Below, piece after piece: positions 1-25,448 of a stretch of DNA of 64,000 nt; positions within the stretch are counted from its first letter, which is position 1; every line of letters begins with the position of its first letter. A program made the translations under genes and the position numbers. This stretch comes from the human T2T-CHM13v2.0 reference genome, Homo sapiens, in assembly GCF_009914755.1 (NCBI RefSeq), contig NC_060927.1; one strand, 5' to 3'. The notes under the pieces were generated by a model. That model searched no databases. It saw only the letters and a program-made list of their open reading frames with translations, and was not told the DNA's origin.

Positions 1-348
1 AGCCTCCCACCTGGACCTGCCAAATTGCTGGGATTATAAGCATGAGCCACTGCGCCCAGCCTTACTCACCTTTTTGTATGACACTATCAGTCTTTCTAAA
101 GTGCAAAGAAAAAGGGTTCTGTTATCATCTGATGTGAAAATTCCTTTAAACATTGACTTTTTCTGGTGTGAGGAATGAAAGCTGTGGAATACGTGAAGTT
201 TTATGAAATAGTGTTTTTTTGTGTGTGTGTCAACAAAATTAAGAGAGTTTGGGTTATTGAAGATACAAGAGTGTTTTTGAAGGTATATATAGGAAACCAA
301 ATCTCAAATGTGGTCTGTCCTTGTGATTAAAATTAGAGCAATAGGGAA

Positions 349-645
<297 letters not shown>

Positions 646-1329
646 CAACAGAGAAAGCTTATGTTTTTAGTGATGAGAATGCTATTTGTGAGGCCATGAT
701 GGAAAAAATTGAAGAACCTAGTTTGTTGGAAACTTAAATTGGTAGTAAAGACATAATACTATCTGAAACACTTTAGTACTTAAATTGTGTGCATTCCAAG
801 CAACAAAACCAATAATCTGTAGGTTGAAGGTTGTAGTGTTACCTAAACAACTATCACCCCAAAAACACTTCATTGAGGAGTATCCAGCATCCTAGCCAGA
901 GCTCAACTGTATAACTTATGGCTGGAATCATGCCATTCTTGCTGGAAACTTCAATTTCAGTACTTTTTCCTTATCACCCTCAGAAGGGTAGTAGTAGAAA
1001 CATGGGGAACTGCATTCTAAAATGAGTGTATAGGTTCATAACCTAGCTAGAAAAAAAAATTAAAACAATTAATGAGTACAAACCAAGGGTTATTGAAGAG
1101 TCTCGCTCTCAAGAGAGTTGGGGTATTCAAGAAAATTGAAAGTGAGTTTAAGGATCGATGACTTGATTACACATTTTGGCTATTTATCCACTGATTGAGA
1201 CTTTTTTTTTTGAGATGGAGTCTCACTGGTTCGCCCAGGCTGTAGCGCAGGGGTGCGATTTATCCACTGATTGAGACTTTTTTTTTTTTTTTTTTCAGAT
1301 GGAGTCTCGCTGTGTCGCCCAGGCTGTAG

Positions 1330-1575
<246 letters not shown>

Positions 1576-1783
1576 TGAGACTCGACTGGACATGAAGCAG
1601 TATAATGTAGCAGTATAACATAGTATTCTGGAAGCAGACTACCGGGGGTTGCATTTCGGCTCCATCACTTTCTAAGGTGTACTTGAACAAGTGGCTTAAC
1701 CTCTCTGTGTTTTAACGTACTCTCACACACATCTAGGGATTAAATAAGTTAATGCATGTAAGGTGATTAGAACTGGGGCTGGT

Positions 1784-2079
1784 GGCCGGGTGCGGTGGCT
1801 CATGCCTGTAATCCTAGCAAGTTGGGAGGCCAAGACGGGCGGATCACGAGGTCAGGAGATGGAGACCATCCTGGCTAACATGGTGAAACCCCGTCTCTAC
1901 TAAAAATACAAAAAAATTAGCTGGGCGTGGTGGCGGGCGCCTGTAGTCCCAGCTACTTGGGAGGCTGAGGCAGGAGAATGGCGTGAACTGGGAGGCGGAG
2001 CTTGCAGTGAGCCGAGATCGCACCACTGCACTCCAGCCTGGGCGACAGAGTGAGACTCCATCTCAAAAAAAAAAAAAAA
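1784..2079 (+). mobile_element. AluY-like with TSD AGAACTGGGGCTGG, inserted in a MIR
   Basis: GGCGTGAAC...GGAGCTTGCAG Y diagnostics; direct repeat at ~1769 and ~2079. Confidence 0.88.
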
Positions 2080-2276
2080 GAACTGGGGCTGGCACAAAGT
2101 GAATGTTGAGTGCATCTTTGTTGTTTTCACACAACTTCTCATCTGAAACAAAGTCTTAAGTTACAGCAGCTCTGGTCTTGGCTTAATGGAGTATATGGCA
2201 AAAAGAGGATTTGGTGGCAGTGCCTAGGAGGATTTTTTTTTTTCCCATCAACAATACTTCTCATTTAGCCTGTTGA

Positions 2277-2501
<225 letters not shown>

Positions 2502-3077
2502 TAGAGACGGGGTTTTGCCATATTGCCCAGGCTGATCTCGAACTCCTGAGGTCAAAGCGATCTGCCTACCTCAGCCTCCCAAAGTGCTGGATTACAGGAG
2601 TGAGCTACCATGTCCGGCCCTTAGTAGGAGTTTCTGCTGCCTTAGCCTTCAAGAGAGAATCTTAAATTTTCTTTTTTTTTTTTGAGACAGAGTCTGGCTC
2701 TGTCGCCCAGGTTGGAGTGCGGTGGCGTGATCTCGGCTCACTGCATGCTCCGCCTCCCGGGTTCACACCATTCTCTCGCCTCAGCCTCCTGAGTAGCTGG
2801 GACTACAGGCGCCTGCCACCACACCCGGCTAATTTTTTTGTATTTTTAGTAGAGACGGGGTTTCACCATGTTAGCCAGGATGGTCTCGATCTCCTGACCT
2901 CGTGATCCACCCGCCTCGGCCTCCCAAAGTGCTGGGATTACAGGCGTGAGCCACCTCTCCCGGCCATAAGAATCTTAAATTTTCTAAAGAGAAAGAGCAG
3001 GAGACAGACAGTACCACATGGAGTATGTTTAGGCCATGTAGGAAATCTAGCCTGTGGCTTTAAAACCGTAAGTTCTA

Positions 3078-3320
<243 letters not shown>

Positions 3321-3599
3321 TTAATTCTCTCGAATTTGAAAAATAAACATTTATCATTTGGCAGTTTTAAGGGAACCTTCTGATATGTGTCCTACAATGG
3401 GTTTATAATTATTTTTGTCACAAATCATGGTTTATTTCTATGGATTAAAGTAGTTTAGTTCTTAATTTGTTCTAAATTGGAAATATACCTATATGTTTTA
3501 ACCTCGTGCTTCAGTGTTGTCACATCTCATTAGTTCAGGGGTCGTACAAAGGCATAGTTCAGTTAGCCATCTTGATTATAACTTTGGTTTATGACCTTA

Positions 3600-4140
<541 letters not shown>

Positions 4141-5002
4141 GATTCATAACACTGGACTCTGCTTGGTTGTACCAACTTCTCATTTTCCCTGGCTCCTTAT
4201 CCACCTCTTGGGATTCAGAGTTGGCTGAAAGTGGCAGGCAGTGCTGCTTTGGGTGGCAGCTTGATTTTAGACAGCCAGTTCACATAGTGCTTTTGTTCAG
4301 GACCTCTCGGGATTTCTAGACAGACAGCAAGAGAGTTGGGCTAACACCTGTCATGAAGTGTCTAAGGAATGAGTGCACAAGCATTCAGGCATGTGAGGGC
4401 AGAAGACCATGACCATACCTGCCTTCCTACAGTAAACAGCCTGTTGTTTCTGCAGGTAGCATTGCAGGTAGTTCTTTTATCAGAAAATTCTTGTAGGCTG
4501 CAGGTGACATTGAGTGTTATTAGGTATCTTCTTCATTCAAGTTGAACTTGGAGGTTACAGTATATCTTTATGTCCCCCTCTCCACAGGTGTTTAAGTGTT
4601 GTCATTCATCCTCTAGTGCATAGATTATGTGTGCACATTTCTTGTTAAGGATATTGATGAACTGATAGTTTATCTAGAATAATGTTTATTTTATATTTTA
4701 TTTTATTGAGACAGGGTCTTGCTCTATCACCCAAGCTGGAGTGCAGCGGCATGATCATGGCTCACTGCAGCCTCAACCTCCTGGGTTCAAGCCATCCTCC
4801 CTACCTCAGCCTTCTGAATAGTTGGGACTACAGGTGTGCGCCACCACACCTGGCTAATTTTGAGGGGGTAGAGGGGAGGTACAGATGAGATCTCACTGTG
4901 TTGTCCAGGCTGGCCTTTTGCTCCTGGACTCAAGCAGTCCTGCCTCAGACTCACAAAGTTCTGGAATTACAGATGTGAGCCACTGTACCCAGCCTAGAAT
5001 AA

Positions 5003-5304
<302 letters not shown>

Positions 5305-5539
5305 TGATGGCACCCAGCCAGAATAATTAGTTTTAATCTCACAGGGTGAGATTTGTGAGGTTAATTTTGTATATTAATGATGTATATATTACCAAAATCT
5401 GTGGTCAAGTGAAATTTGTGCTTAATCTTTGCAAATGCTATTTCCAAAGGAAAATATGTAGGAGAAAAGGTGGTGTATCACAGGATGTAGAGTAGTGGTT
5501 ACTGGGCACAAGGGTGGCCGGGGAGTCGGGGGGTGGCAG

Positions 5540-5722
5540 GAGAGGATAGAGAATGATAACTGATTGATACAGGGTCTCTTTTTTGGGATGAGGAAAATAT
5601 TTTAGAATTAAATAGTGAGGATGGTTGACCAAGCTTGTGCATGTACTAAAAGCCATTAAATTGTATATACTTTAAAACAGTGGATTTTATGGTATGTGAA
5701 TTTTATCTCAATTTTAAAAAAA
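5540..5722 (+). mobile_element. Old L1M 3' end fragment
   Basis: GGGTCTCTTTTTTGGGATGAGGAAAAT...TGGATTTTATGGTATGTGAATTTTATCTCAAT. Confidence 0.7.
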
Positions 5723-5752
5723 GTCTTTAAATGTAGTATGAAACTTTTTTTA

Positions 5753-6065
<313 letters not shown>

Positions 6066-6945
6066 TTAGGGTTCCAGCACAATGGGAATGAGTCCAGATC
6101 TAAAATAAAGTACAGATTCATTTACCACCCTCCACCCTACCCCAACCCCCCAAAAAGATTGTCTATCAGTTTGTCAGGAAGTTAGAGTAAAATGGTCTTA
6201 AAATGCATCAAGAGGGCTGGGCACAGTGGCTGATGCCTGTAGTTTCAGCTACTCAGGAGGCTGAGATAGGAGGATCACTTGAGCCCAGGAATTCGAGTGA
6301 GCCATGATTAGATCACTGCAATCTAGCCTGAATGACAGAGCAATACCTTGTCTCTTAAAAAAAAAAAGGCATGAAGAATTTTTTTGCTAATGGTATCTAC
6401 TTACCACAGAGGAACATTTAAGCTAAACATCTGAAAGATTATGGATGGAGTTGGTAACAGGCTCCATTTGAACTGGTTATGTAGTTTATGCTCAGTAAGG
6501 TTGAACGGACTTTCTGCTTTGAGTTATTCACAGTTAAAAATAAAGGACTATTTTGAAGTAGACCGAAAATGAAAATAACATTAAGAAATCCTTGGACTAA
6601 TTTTTAGGGGAGATTCCTGTAATCGGATGGTTTGTAGTTGTCAATGTAGACCTTTCCTGGTTTCCTGAAATTGCTAATCAAAGCTCAAAGCCATGGGAAA
6701 AGACTGGATTGCAGCTAGAATGTGTGCTCTCCACATATGTCTTTCTTAGAGGCCTCTTTCAAGCAGCATTGACACTATGGCTATCATCTTTGACCCTCTT
6801 AGTATACAGAGAGTTGTAGGTTTTCTTTTTTTAAGGGGGAAAACATTATTGACATAAATTATATATCATAAAAGTCACTCATTTTAACTGTACAATTCAA
6901 TGATTTTTTAGTAAATTTACCAAGTTGTAACATTTATTATTATAA

Positions 6946-7697
<752 letters not shown>

Positions 7698-7896
7698 TAG
7701 CCAGGATGGTCTCAATCTCCTGACCCTGTGATCCGCCCGTCTCAGCCTCCCAAAGTGCTGAGATTACAGGCGTGAGCCACCGTGCCTGGCCCATTCCAAT
7801 TTTTTACAAAAGTGATTTCAGACTTATAAAAAAGCTGCAAAAATTCCTGTGTTCTTTTCACCTAGATTCTACCTTTTTTTTTTTTTTTTTTTTTGA

Positions 7897-8136
<240 letters not shown>

Positions 8137-8224
8137 TAAAGTGCTGGGATTACAGGCGTGAGCCACCGTGCCAGGCCCACCCAGATTCTTCTTAGCACAT
8201 TTGAATGCAGATTTTTGAATAGTT

Positions 8225-8495
8225 ATGATCTATTCTCATTGAAAAAGGGACATCATTTGACTTGACCTCCCACCAGACTCTTCCTTTGAGGTTGGATGGA
8301 GGTGCTTAATGGATGCTGTGGATGGTGTGTGAATTTCCATTGGGTTGAGTGGATGATGTATGTGGAAGGCGATTGGGATTTACTTTGTCGGTGTCTCCAA
8401 GAGGTCCCCCACTGGGCTTTGTCAGGTGCTGGGGTTGGAGGTCAAGAAGTAGGGCAACATCTAAAGCTTCTACTCCTGGGCACTGTGAGGTTTTT
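8225..8495 (-). mobile_element. Probable ancient RTE-clade LINE (L4/MamRTE-like) reverse transcriptase relic
   Basis: Frameshifted minus-strand translation ALDVALLLDL / PAPDKAQWGTSW / IKHLH / NLKGRVWWEVKSNDVPFSMRI is colinear with non-LTR RT motifs (F.DL.KAFD.V...LW; I..LH..M.GRV.....S.PF). Confidence 0.45.
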
Positions 8496-8594
8496 ATAGG
8501 TCTTTTAAAAAAAACAGTGAATAGGCCGAACGCGGTGGCTCACACCTGTAATCCCAGCACTTTCAGAGGCCGAGGGAGGCGGATCACGAGGTCA

Positions 8595-8867
<273 letters not shown>

Positions 8868-8956
8868 CTAGTCAGCTTTAGACTGAGAAGCAGCAGCAAC
8901 CATGGCAAAGGGGAAGCAAACTTTCCTGAGTGGCCTTAATAATGTTATTCGTCAGG

Positions 8957-9197
8957 CAGTGGCTCTTAAACAGGGGCTTCAAGCAGTGATTTTTGACATG
9001 CTCTTCTCCTCCCCAACCACTGGACATTTGGCAATGTCTGGAGACATTTTTGGTTGTCACCACTGGGAGAGGGTGCTACTGGTATCTAGTGAATAGAGCC
9101 AGGGATGCTGCTAAACATCCTACAGTGCAAAGGGCAGCTCTCCACACAAAGAATCATCTGGCCCAAAAATCTCTATTGCTGAGGTTGAAAAATACTG
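8957..9197. mobile_element. MER20 (hAT-Charlie DNA transposon)
   Basis: GGACATTTGGCAATGTCTGGAGACATTTTTGGTTGTCAC...CCAGGGATGCTGCTAAACATCCTACA; CAG...CTG termini. Confidence 0.88.
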
Positions 9198-9955
9198 GTG
9201 TAAGGAGACAAGAGTTGTGGTTAGTCAGAAAGGATGACCTGGCTTGCCGTGGATTGTCTTATAATAATCAGTTATCTCTTTCCTTGCCTTATTCCTGGTC
9301 CCAACAGAGTGAGGATTGGCAAGGGGGTTTGGGAATATAGTGGGAATGCTGTGTAGTGAGAGTGCAGGCACGGCACTCCAGACTACCAGTCACGAGCTTA
9401 GCCTGTGTCCTTGGGGTAGGAGCTGTAGAATAAGACCTATTTTGATATGTGGACCAGAATAAGTTCTTTAAATAATCAAAGGTAATAAACATTCTTAAAA
9501 TATACTATCACTAAGGTAGTCTGTCATCCAGCAGAATGAGGGAGTAGTCAGAAGATTACACATATTTGGCAGCAATTACTAGAAAAAACAAACAAGTTGA
9601 GAGTTTTCAAAATAGATGTTACTTCATATTTCAGATAGTTTTCCAGGGAATATTGAAAATGCAAGTGCAGATTTTCACATCCTTCTTTATACTGATTAAA
9701 ACATTTGAATCTATTGGATCATCTTTTCATTAGGCTTTACTTCACAGGGCCATCTACTGGATCCTGTATGCTGATATAGTTAAGGGGACTGACCTCAAAG
9801 TAAAAGATGCATATATTTTATCTTAATACAATATCACTTTGCTGTGAAGGGGAGCTGCTGTGTATATAGAATGCTGTGTAATAGTGATTGGGCTGTTGGG
9901 AATCACATTGGAAATATCAGTAAGCAACTCATTTTAACTTTTGTTAACACAGTTA

Positions 9956-10231
<276 letters not shown>

Positions 10232-10472
10232 TTATTTCTTTTTTACTTTTTTTTCTTTTGAGACAGAGTCACGCTCTGTCACCCAGGCTGGAGTGCAGTA
10301 GCACCATCTTGGCTCACTGCAACCCCCCGCCTGCCAGGTTCAAGTGGTTGTCCTGCTTCAGCCTCCCAAGTAGCTGGGACTACAGGTACCCACCACCACG
10401 CCCGGCTAATTTTTGTATTTTTAGCAGAGGCGGGGTTTCACCATATTGGCCAGGCTGGTCTCAAACTCCTGA

Positions 10473-10772
<300 letters not shown>

Positions 10773-10879
10773 TAGCCAGGATGGTCTCCATCTCCTGACC
10801 TCGTGATCCACCTGCCTCAGCCTCCCAAAGTGCTGGGATTACAGGCGTGAGCCACCGCTCCCGGCCAATTTTTATTTTA

Positions 10880-16330
<5,451 letters not shown>

Positions 16331-17483
16331 ATTGCTGCTGTTATTTTGATGCGTATCCTTCCAGATTTTTCTATGCATGTATCATCTATCTGTGTATCTA
16401 TCTGTAGGATAGGAGAGTCTTGTACAAATGGTTTTATAACTCTTTAACTTCAAATATTGTGGACTTACTTCCTTGTCATTAAATACATTTAAGGCTGGGT
16501 GCAGTGGCTCATACCTGTAATCCTAGCACTTTGGGAGGCCGAAACAGGCAGATCACCTGAGGTCAGGAGTTTGAGACCAGCCTAGCCAACATGTTGAAAC
16601 CCCGTCTCTACTAAAAATACAAAAATTAGCTGGGTGTGGTGGCACACGCCTGTAATCCCAGCTGCTCAAGAGGCTGAGGCACGAAAATCGGTTGAACCCA
16701 AGGAGGCGGAGGTTGCGGTGAACCAAGATTGCGCCAGTGCACTCCAGCCTGGGTGACAGAGCAAAACTTTGTCTCTAAATAAATAAATAAACAAATAAAA
16801 TACATACCTATGTACATACATACATTTTAAGAATCATTTTGATATATTCATCTCCATACTGAGGAATTTAAGTGCTTTTTTTTTTTTTTTTTTTTTTTTT
16901 TTTTGAGACAGAGTCTCACTTTGTTGCCCAGGCTGGAGTGTGGCGGCACGATCTTGGCTCACTGCAACCTCTCTACCTCCTGGGTTCAGGAAATTCTCCT
17001 GCCTAGCCGGGTGAGATTTCCTCTTTAGCTTGTGTGTTATTTAGAAGCATGTTTTTGTACCTATCGTAGCTTCTCTAGAGAAGGGAGGTAGGAGAATCGC
17101 TTGAGCCCGGGAGGTCAAGGCTGCAGTGACTGACCCATGACCATGCCACTGCACTGTAGCCTGGGTGACAGAGTGAGCCCCTGTCTCAAAAAGGAAAAAA
17201 AAGAAATCAGCATATTTTATGACTTAATAAATGTATTCAAATTCCATCCAGATATTTCCTAATTTATTATTTTACTAACAGTGTTTGAGAGCACTTGTCT
17301 CCCCTGCCTTCCAACCAGTGTCAAGTGTATTTTAACAAAATACTTGTATTGGGTAGTAGTACATGGTTGGTTGTTACTCTCTAATCGCCTGTTGTGTTTG
17401 AAATATTTAATAATTTTTTTAATGTTGCTAGTGTAGTGAAGAAGATAATGATTTAGTTTTTCTTCTTTCTTTTTTTTTTTTGA

Positions 17484-17642
<159 letters not shown>

Positions 17643-18031
17643 TAGTAGAGACAGGGTTTCTCCATGTTGGTCAGGCTGGTCGCGAACTCCCGATCTTAGG
17701 TGATCTGCCTACTTTGGCCTCCCAAAGTGCTGGGATTACAGGCGTGAGCCACCGCACCTGACAAATGATGTAGTTTTTCTCCCTTAGGTTATTAGTAGGC
17801 AGAATAGTTTTACATTTGATTATTAGTTATTCATATTTCTTTTGTGACTTGTTGGTTCTTAATATATCTATTCAGCCAAAAATGAAAAATAGGATATCTT
17901 AGCCTGTCTAGTCTTAAGGTAAATATATGTGGGATATAAGGGAGTTTGGGGGCTGGGCGCAGTGACTCACACCTGTAATCCCAGCACGTTGGGAAGCTGA
18001 GGTGGGCTGATCACTTGAGCCCAGGAGTTCA

Positions 18032-18232
<201 letters not shown>

Positions 18233-18458
18233 TCAAAAAAAAGATTTTTTTGAAAAGTTGAAAATGAGTATATTCGCTGAATACGAGATGAGTTTTCCCA
18301 AGAATTTATCCCTCAGAATCTTTCACGTTCTTCCTCCTCCTTCTCCTCCTCCTGCTTTCTTCTTCTTCTTTCTTCTTTTTCTGTTTCTTCTTCTTGCTTT
18401 TATAAAGTCTTAGCTCCTGTGGAGTTTTCTCTCAGTTACTTCTTATTTATTTATTTGA

Positions 18459-18599
<141 letters not shown>

Positions 18600-18888
18600 T
18601 GACTAATTTCTGTTACTTCTTTTGAGCCACAAAGTATTTGAAAAAGATGCATTAAGTAGTGACCGCAGTCCGTGCTAGTATTGGGTGCTTACAGAGGTCT
18701 AGTAGAATACCGTGTTTTAAAAGGAGGTGAATTTAATAATTGCTGTGATTACTCTGGCATTATACGCTCACAAATAAAATGTTTGGTGATTTTTTTTTTT
18801 TTTTTTTTTTGGAGACAGATTCTTGCTCTGTCACCCAGGCTGTGCAATGATGTGATCTCAGCTTACTGCAACCTCCGAGTTCAAGTGA

Positions 18889-19185
<297 letters not shown>

Positions 19186-19399
19186 TAAACTTCCCATAAT
19201 GACATTATCCACAGATTCAAAAAGTAGTTTATCTTAAACAACTTCTGTGACATTTTAAAATGATGTGGCTTAGAAAATTGCTAGGTTATCTAAAATGGCT
19301 CTATTGATGATGTAAATGTAGCACATGAAGAGCTTGAATAAAATAGACTTTTGAAGTGTGCAAATGGAAAGAACAGTCCTTCTAAATAATTATTTCCCC

Positions 19400-20260
<861 letters not shown>

Positions 20261-20340
20261 CAAAGTTGTTATTTCTCAGCCAGGCGCGGTGGCTCACGCC
20301 TGTAATCCCAGTACTTTGGGAGACTGAGGTGGGCAGATCA

Positions 20341-20550
<210 letters not shown>

Positions 20551-21051
20551 CTATCTCAAAAAAGAAAACAAAACACCACGGAATTGTTATTTCTCTTGGC
20601 GAATAGGTAGATGCACTTATTCCTGTTAATATATACCTACCTGTGAATGTGCTTGTTGGATTTTCTATGTATCTTCTGTCTGCCACCTAGAAATTTAACC
20701 TTTTATATATATACAACTTTAATTTTTTTTTTTTTTTTTTTAAGAGACAGGGTGTCACTATGTTGCCCAGGCTGGTTGGGAACTCCTGGCCTTAAGCCGT
20801 CCTCCTGCTTCAGTCTCCCAAAGTGTTGGGAATATAGGCGTGAGCCACTGTGCCCCACTGTTCAAGTTTTCATTGATTGCTGCCTACATATAGTTGTTCA
20901 ACAGCTATTGATTCCCCCTGCTCTGTATATATGTCTCCTAGTGTAGGTATCAGGGTTACAGCAGTAATTAAGACCACATTATTTCATTTTATCATTTAAA
21001 TATATAAGACTAATTGATAAATTAAGTATAGAACTTTGACCAACATGGTGA

Positions 21052-21725
<674 letters not shown>

Positions 21726-22459
21726 TAGGCAGGCGTGAACCACCACGCCTGGCCAAGACTCTGTCTCTCAAAAAAAAAAAAAAGAAAAAAAAATATAGGA
21801 CTTTGGGAGGCCGAGGCAGGCAGATCACCTGAGGTCAAAAGTTTGAGACCAGCCTGACTAACATGGTGAATCCCCATATCTACCAAAAAATACAAAAATT
21901 AGGCAGGTGTGGTGGCGTGCACCTGTAGTCCCAGCTATTGGGGAAGCCGAGGTGGGAGATTGTACCTGGGAGGCAGTGAGCAGAGATCGCACCACTGCAC
22001 TCCAGCCTGGGTGACAGAGTGAGACCTTGTCTCACCAAAAAAAAAAAAAAAAAAAAAATAGCATAGGTAGGCATTTGATGATTTGATGATTTCATTCGCA
22101 TCCCTAAAAGTTTATTTGTTCCTGGGTCGTCAGATAGCTTTTTGGCCATCTTCCTGTTGAGAAAATTGATGTACCCTTCTGGAGTCCTCCAATTTTCCAT
22201 TATAATATGGTAAGTGGGAGCTAGAGCTTTGGGTAAGAATTGGGATGTGATAAGGAGGATGAGTTTTGCAGTGGTGTGCATGGTTAGGAGGAGAAAAAGC
22301 TGGAGGCAGAGTGTTCACTTAGAGGCTTGGGGTAGGAGGGGTAGGTTTAAGTGGTGCTCATCTGGGCCAGAATAGGGCAAAAAGGGAAGAATGAAATAAC
22401 CAGATGTCTTTGCTTTGTCAGTAGTCTTGCAGCCCTGAAAGCTTTTTTTGTTGTGTTAT

Positions 22460-22990
22460 ATTTGTTGTAATTGAGGTATAATCCACATAACATAAAACTT
22501 ACCTCTTTCAAGTGTACAATTTAGTAGTTTTTAGTATATTCATAAAATTGTGCAACTATCACCACTGATACCAGAACATTTCTGGGAACAAAAAGAAACT
22601 ATATATCCATTAAGAGTCACTCTCCATTTTCTCCTACTTCCTTCTCTACCCCCAGTCATCTGCTAGTCGGCTTTCTGTCTCTATAGATTTGCCTGCTCTG
22701 GATATTTCATATAAATGGAATCATATACCATATGGTCTTTTGTGACTGGCTTCTTTTACTTAGCCTAATGTTTTTAAGGTTCATCCATGTTATATGAATC
22801 AGTACTTAAATCATTTATAGGGTTGAATAATATTCCATCATATGGATATACCACATTGTCTTTATCTGCTCATTAATTGGTAGACATTTAGGTTGTTTCC
22901 ACTTTTGTTTATTATGAATAATACTATTCACATTCATGTACAAGGTTTTGTGTGGACACATTTTCAGTTCTCTTCGATATATACCAAAGA
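22460..22990 (-). mobile_element. L1MB-like 3' fragment
   Basis: GATTTGCCTGCTCTGGATATTTCATATAAATGGAATCATA; ORF2 remnant KWKQPKC..TMWYIHMMEYY. Confidence 0.82.
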
Positions 22991-24757
22991 GCCACAATGC
23001 TAAAACTTCCAGCTTTTTACCAGCTATCCCCAGATGCGTAGCCTAGTAAGCCCCATGTTGGAGTGGTGTAGTGTTGAAAACATGGCATACTCATACATTA
23101 GATAACCAGGTTTCAATTCTGGTTTGGAAGCCTTTGGATATTTGCATTACCCATTTGAATTCTCTCTTGGGCTGTGTTTGGTTTGGGGTTTTGTACTTGT
23201 TTTTTTTTTTTTAACTAGATGTTTTGAGGCACTTGGTACTGTGGACATGTGTCAGTCTTAAATATTTGGGTTTTGAGCATATCAAGGGCTTGGTTTGCAG
23301 TTGACAGTTGAATAGCAGTCTTCTTCCTTCCATTCCTTACAGATTCTCCTGTTCAGAGTCAACCATTGAATAGCATATTTATTGTTTCTGCCTGTGTGTC
23401 TGTTAGTGCTCATATGGTCTAGTTCCTGAGTTAAGAAGTATAGGGTAGTGGTCATCTTTTTTCTTTGACTTGATTCCTGCGTACTGTGAATGCAGAGCAA
23501 TGCAGGATATGTTGGGTTTTCTACAAACAGAGCATCAGCCCAGAGACATGTTTGCATTTGTTTCTGTCAGGTTTCCTGGCTCAACTGGCACCCTTTAAGG
23601 CCAGAGAACGTTAGTTTAGGCACTTTTCCTAGTAAAATACTTCTTGTGGCTCTTCCTGTGTACTTGGAATAAAGGAGGCATTCCATTGTTAGACATGCTT
23701 GGGTAGTTCAGGGTAATCTTAGAGTCATGAGAGATATGATATAAAGGAATAACTAGCTAAACCAGAAAAAATGCCTGGGTAATGACTAGCAAATAGGTGG
23801 TCAACAGATGTCCTCATTAGATTGAAAGGTCCATGAAAGCAGGGACTATTTCTTTTCTTTACTGCTTAAAAAGGTTAGAACTGGACCTGGCAACATATGA
23901 TGAGCTAAATAAATACATATTTGTGAATTGGGTTAACACATATTGCATAAAGTGGTTTTGGCTCTGTTTTATTCTTCATAAGCCCTAGTGATCTTTTTAA
24001 TTTCTGTAAAATGTGGTCTTGACCCCCCCAACCCAAGTGACCTCCTTATTTGCTAGGCTCTGATATTTCTGTTAGGTTTCTACTGTATTTTCTGAGATAG
24101 CAATTAGTAGATACTATTTCTCCTTTGATGGAGCTAGCCATATATTCTTGTTTGTTCATTTTAGCTTTCAAATTTCTGTCTGATTCTTGTTCTTTTACTC
24201 TGGAATGTAGTGAATGGAATGACTTGGAAGGTACAAGGTAGGTCAGTTTAGGTTGTCTAGGGCCTTGCATTTAAAAGTTTAATTTGATGACATGGTGGAT
24301 TACAAGAATGTAACAGTATCAAAATGATACTATCTTCTTGTGGTGGTATGTAGACTTAAAAAGAGAAACTGCAGAGAAAAGGGTCCCTTAGGATGTAGAG
24401 CAGCAGTTGATATGTGAGAAGTTGATGCCTTGCATTAGGGATTAGGAGTAGATGTGGAAGGAAGAGATCAGGTTTGAAAGAGTTTAAACAAAGAATCTCT
24501 AGGATTTGATAACACTGGATATCAGAGGGGAAGGTACAAGAGAGAGGGCAGAATCAAAGGCCACTCAGAGGTTAAAGGAATCATACCGGTTTGGCATGGT
24601 GGCTCACGCCTGTCATCCCAGCACTTTGGGAGGCTGAGGCGGGCAGATCACGAGGTCAGGAGTTCGAGACCAGCCTAGCCAATATGGCGAAACCCCGTCT
24701 CTACTAAAAATACAAAAATTAGCTGGGCGTGGTGGCGTGTACCTGTAGGCCCAGCTA

Positions 24758-24865
<108 letters not shown>

Positions 24866-25417
24866 TCAAAAAATAATAATAATAATAAATAAATAAAGGA
24901 GTAATTCCAACACTTGGGAGGCCGAGGCAGGAGGATTGCTTGAGCCCAGGAGTTCAAGACCAGCCTGGGCAACATAGTAAAACCTCATCGCTATAAAAAT
25001 TTTTTAAAAAGAAATTTAGCCAGGCATGGTGGTGTGCCCCTGTAGTTCCCATTACTAGAGAGGTTGAGGTGGAAGGATCTCTTGAACCCAAGAGGTCGAG
25101 AGTACAGTGAGCCATGATGCACCAGGGCACTCCAGCATGGGCAACAGAGTGAGACTTTGGGAGGCCATGGCAGAAGGATTGCTTGAGCCCAGGAGTTCGA
25201 GACCAGCCTGGGCAATGTAGTGGGACCTTGTCTCTATAAAAATTTTACAAATATATATAAAAGCTGGGCATGGGGGCACGTGCCTGTAGTCCCAGTGACT
25301 GGTGGGTGGGGCGGGGGTGAGGTGGGAGAATCACTTGGGCCCAGGAAGTCGAGATTGCAGTGAGCCATGATCATGCCACTGCTCTCTAGCCTGGGTGACA
25401 GAGTGAGACTCTTTTTG

Positions 25418-25448
<31 letters not shown>

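Noticed and set aside
4441-4510. Three TGCAGGT motifs resembling recursive AG|GT sites
   Set aside because: The regenerated donors (GTAGCA, GTAGTT, GTGACA) are poor and the pyrimidine tracts short.
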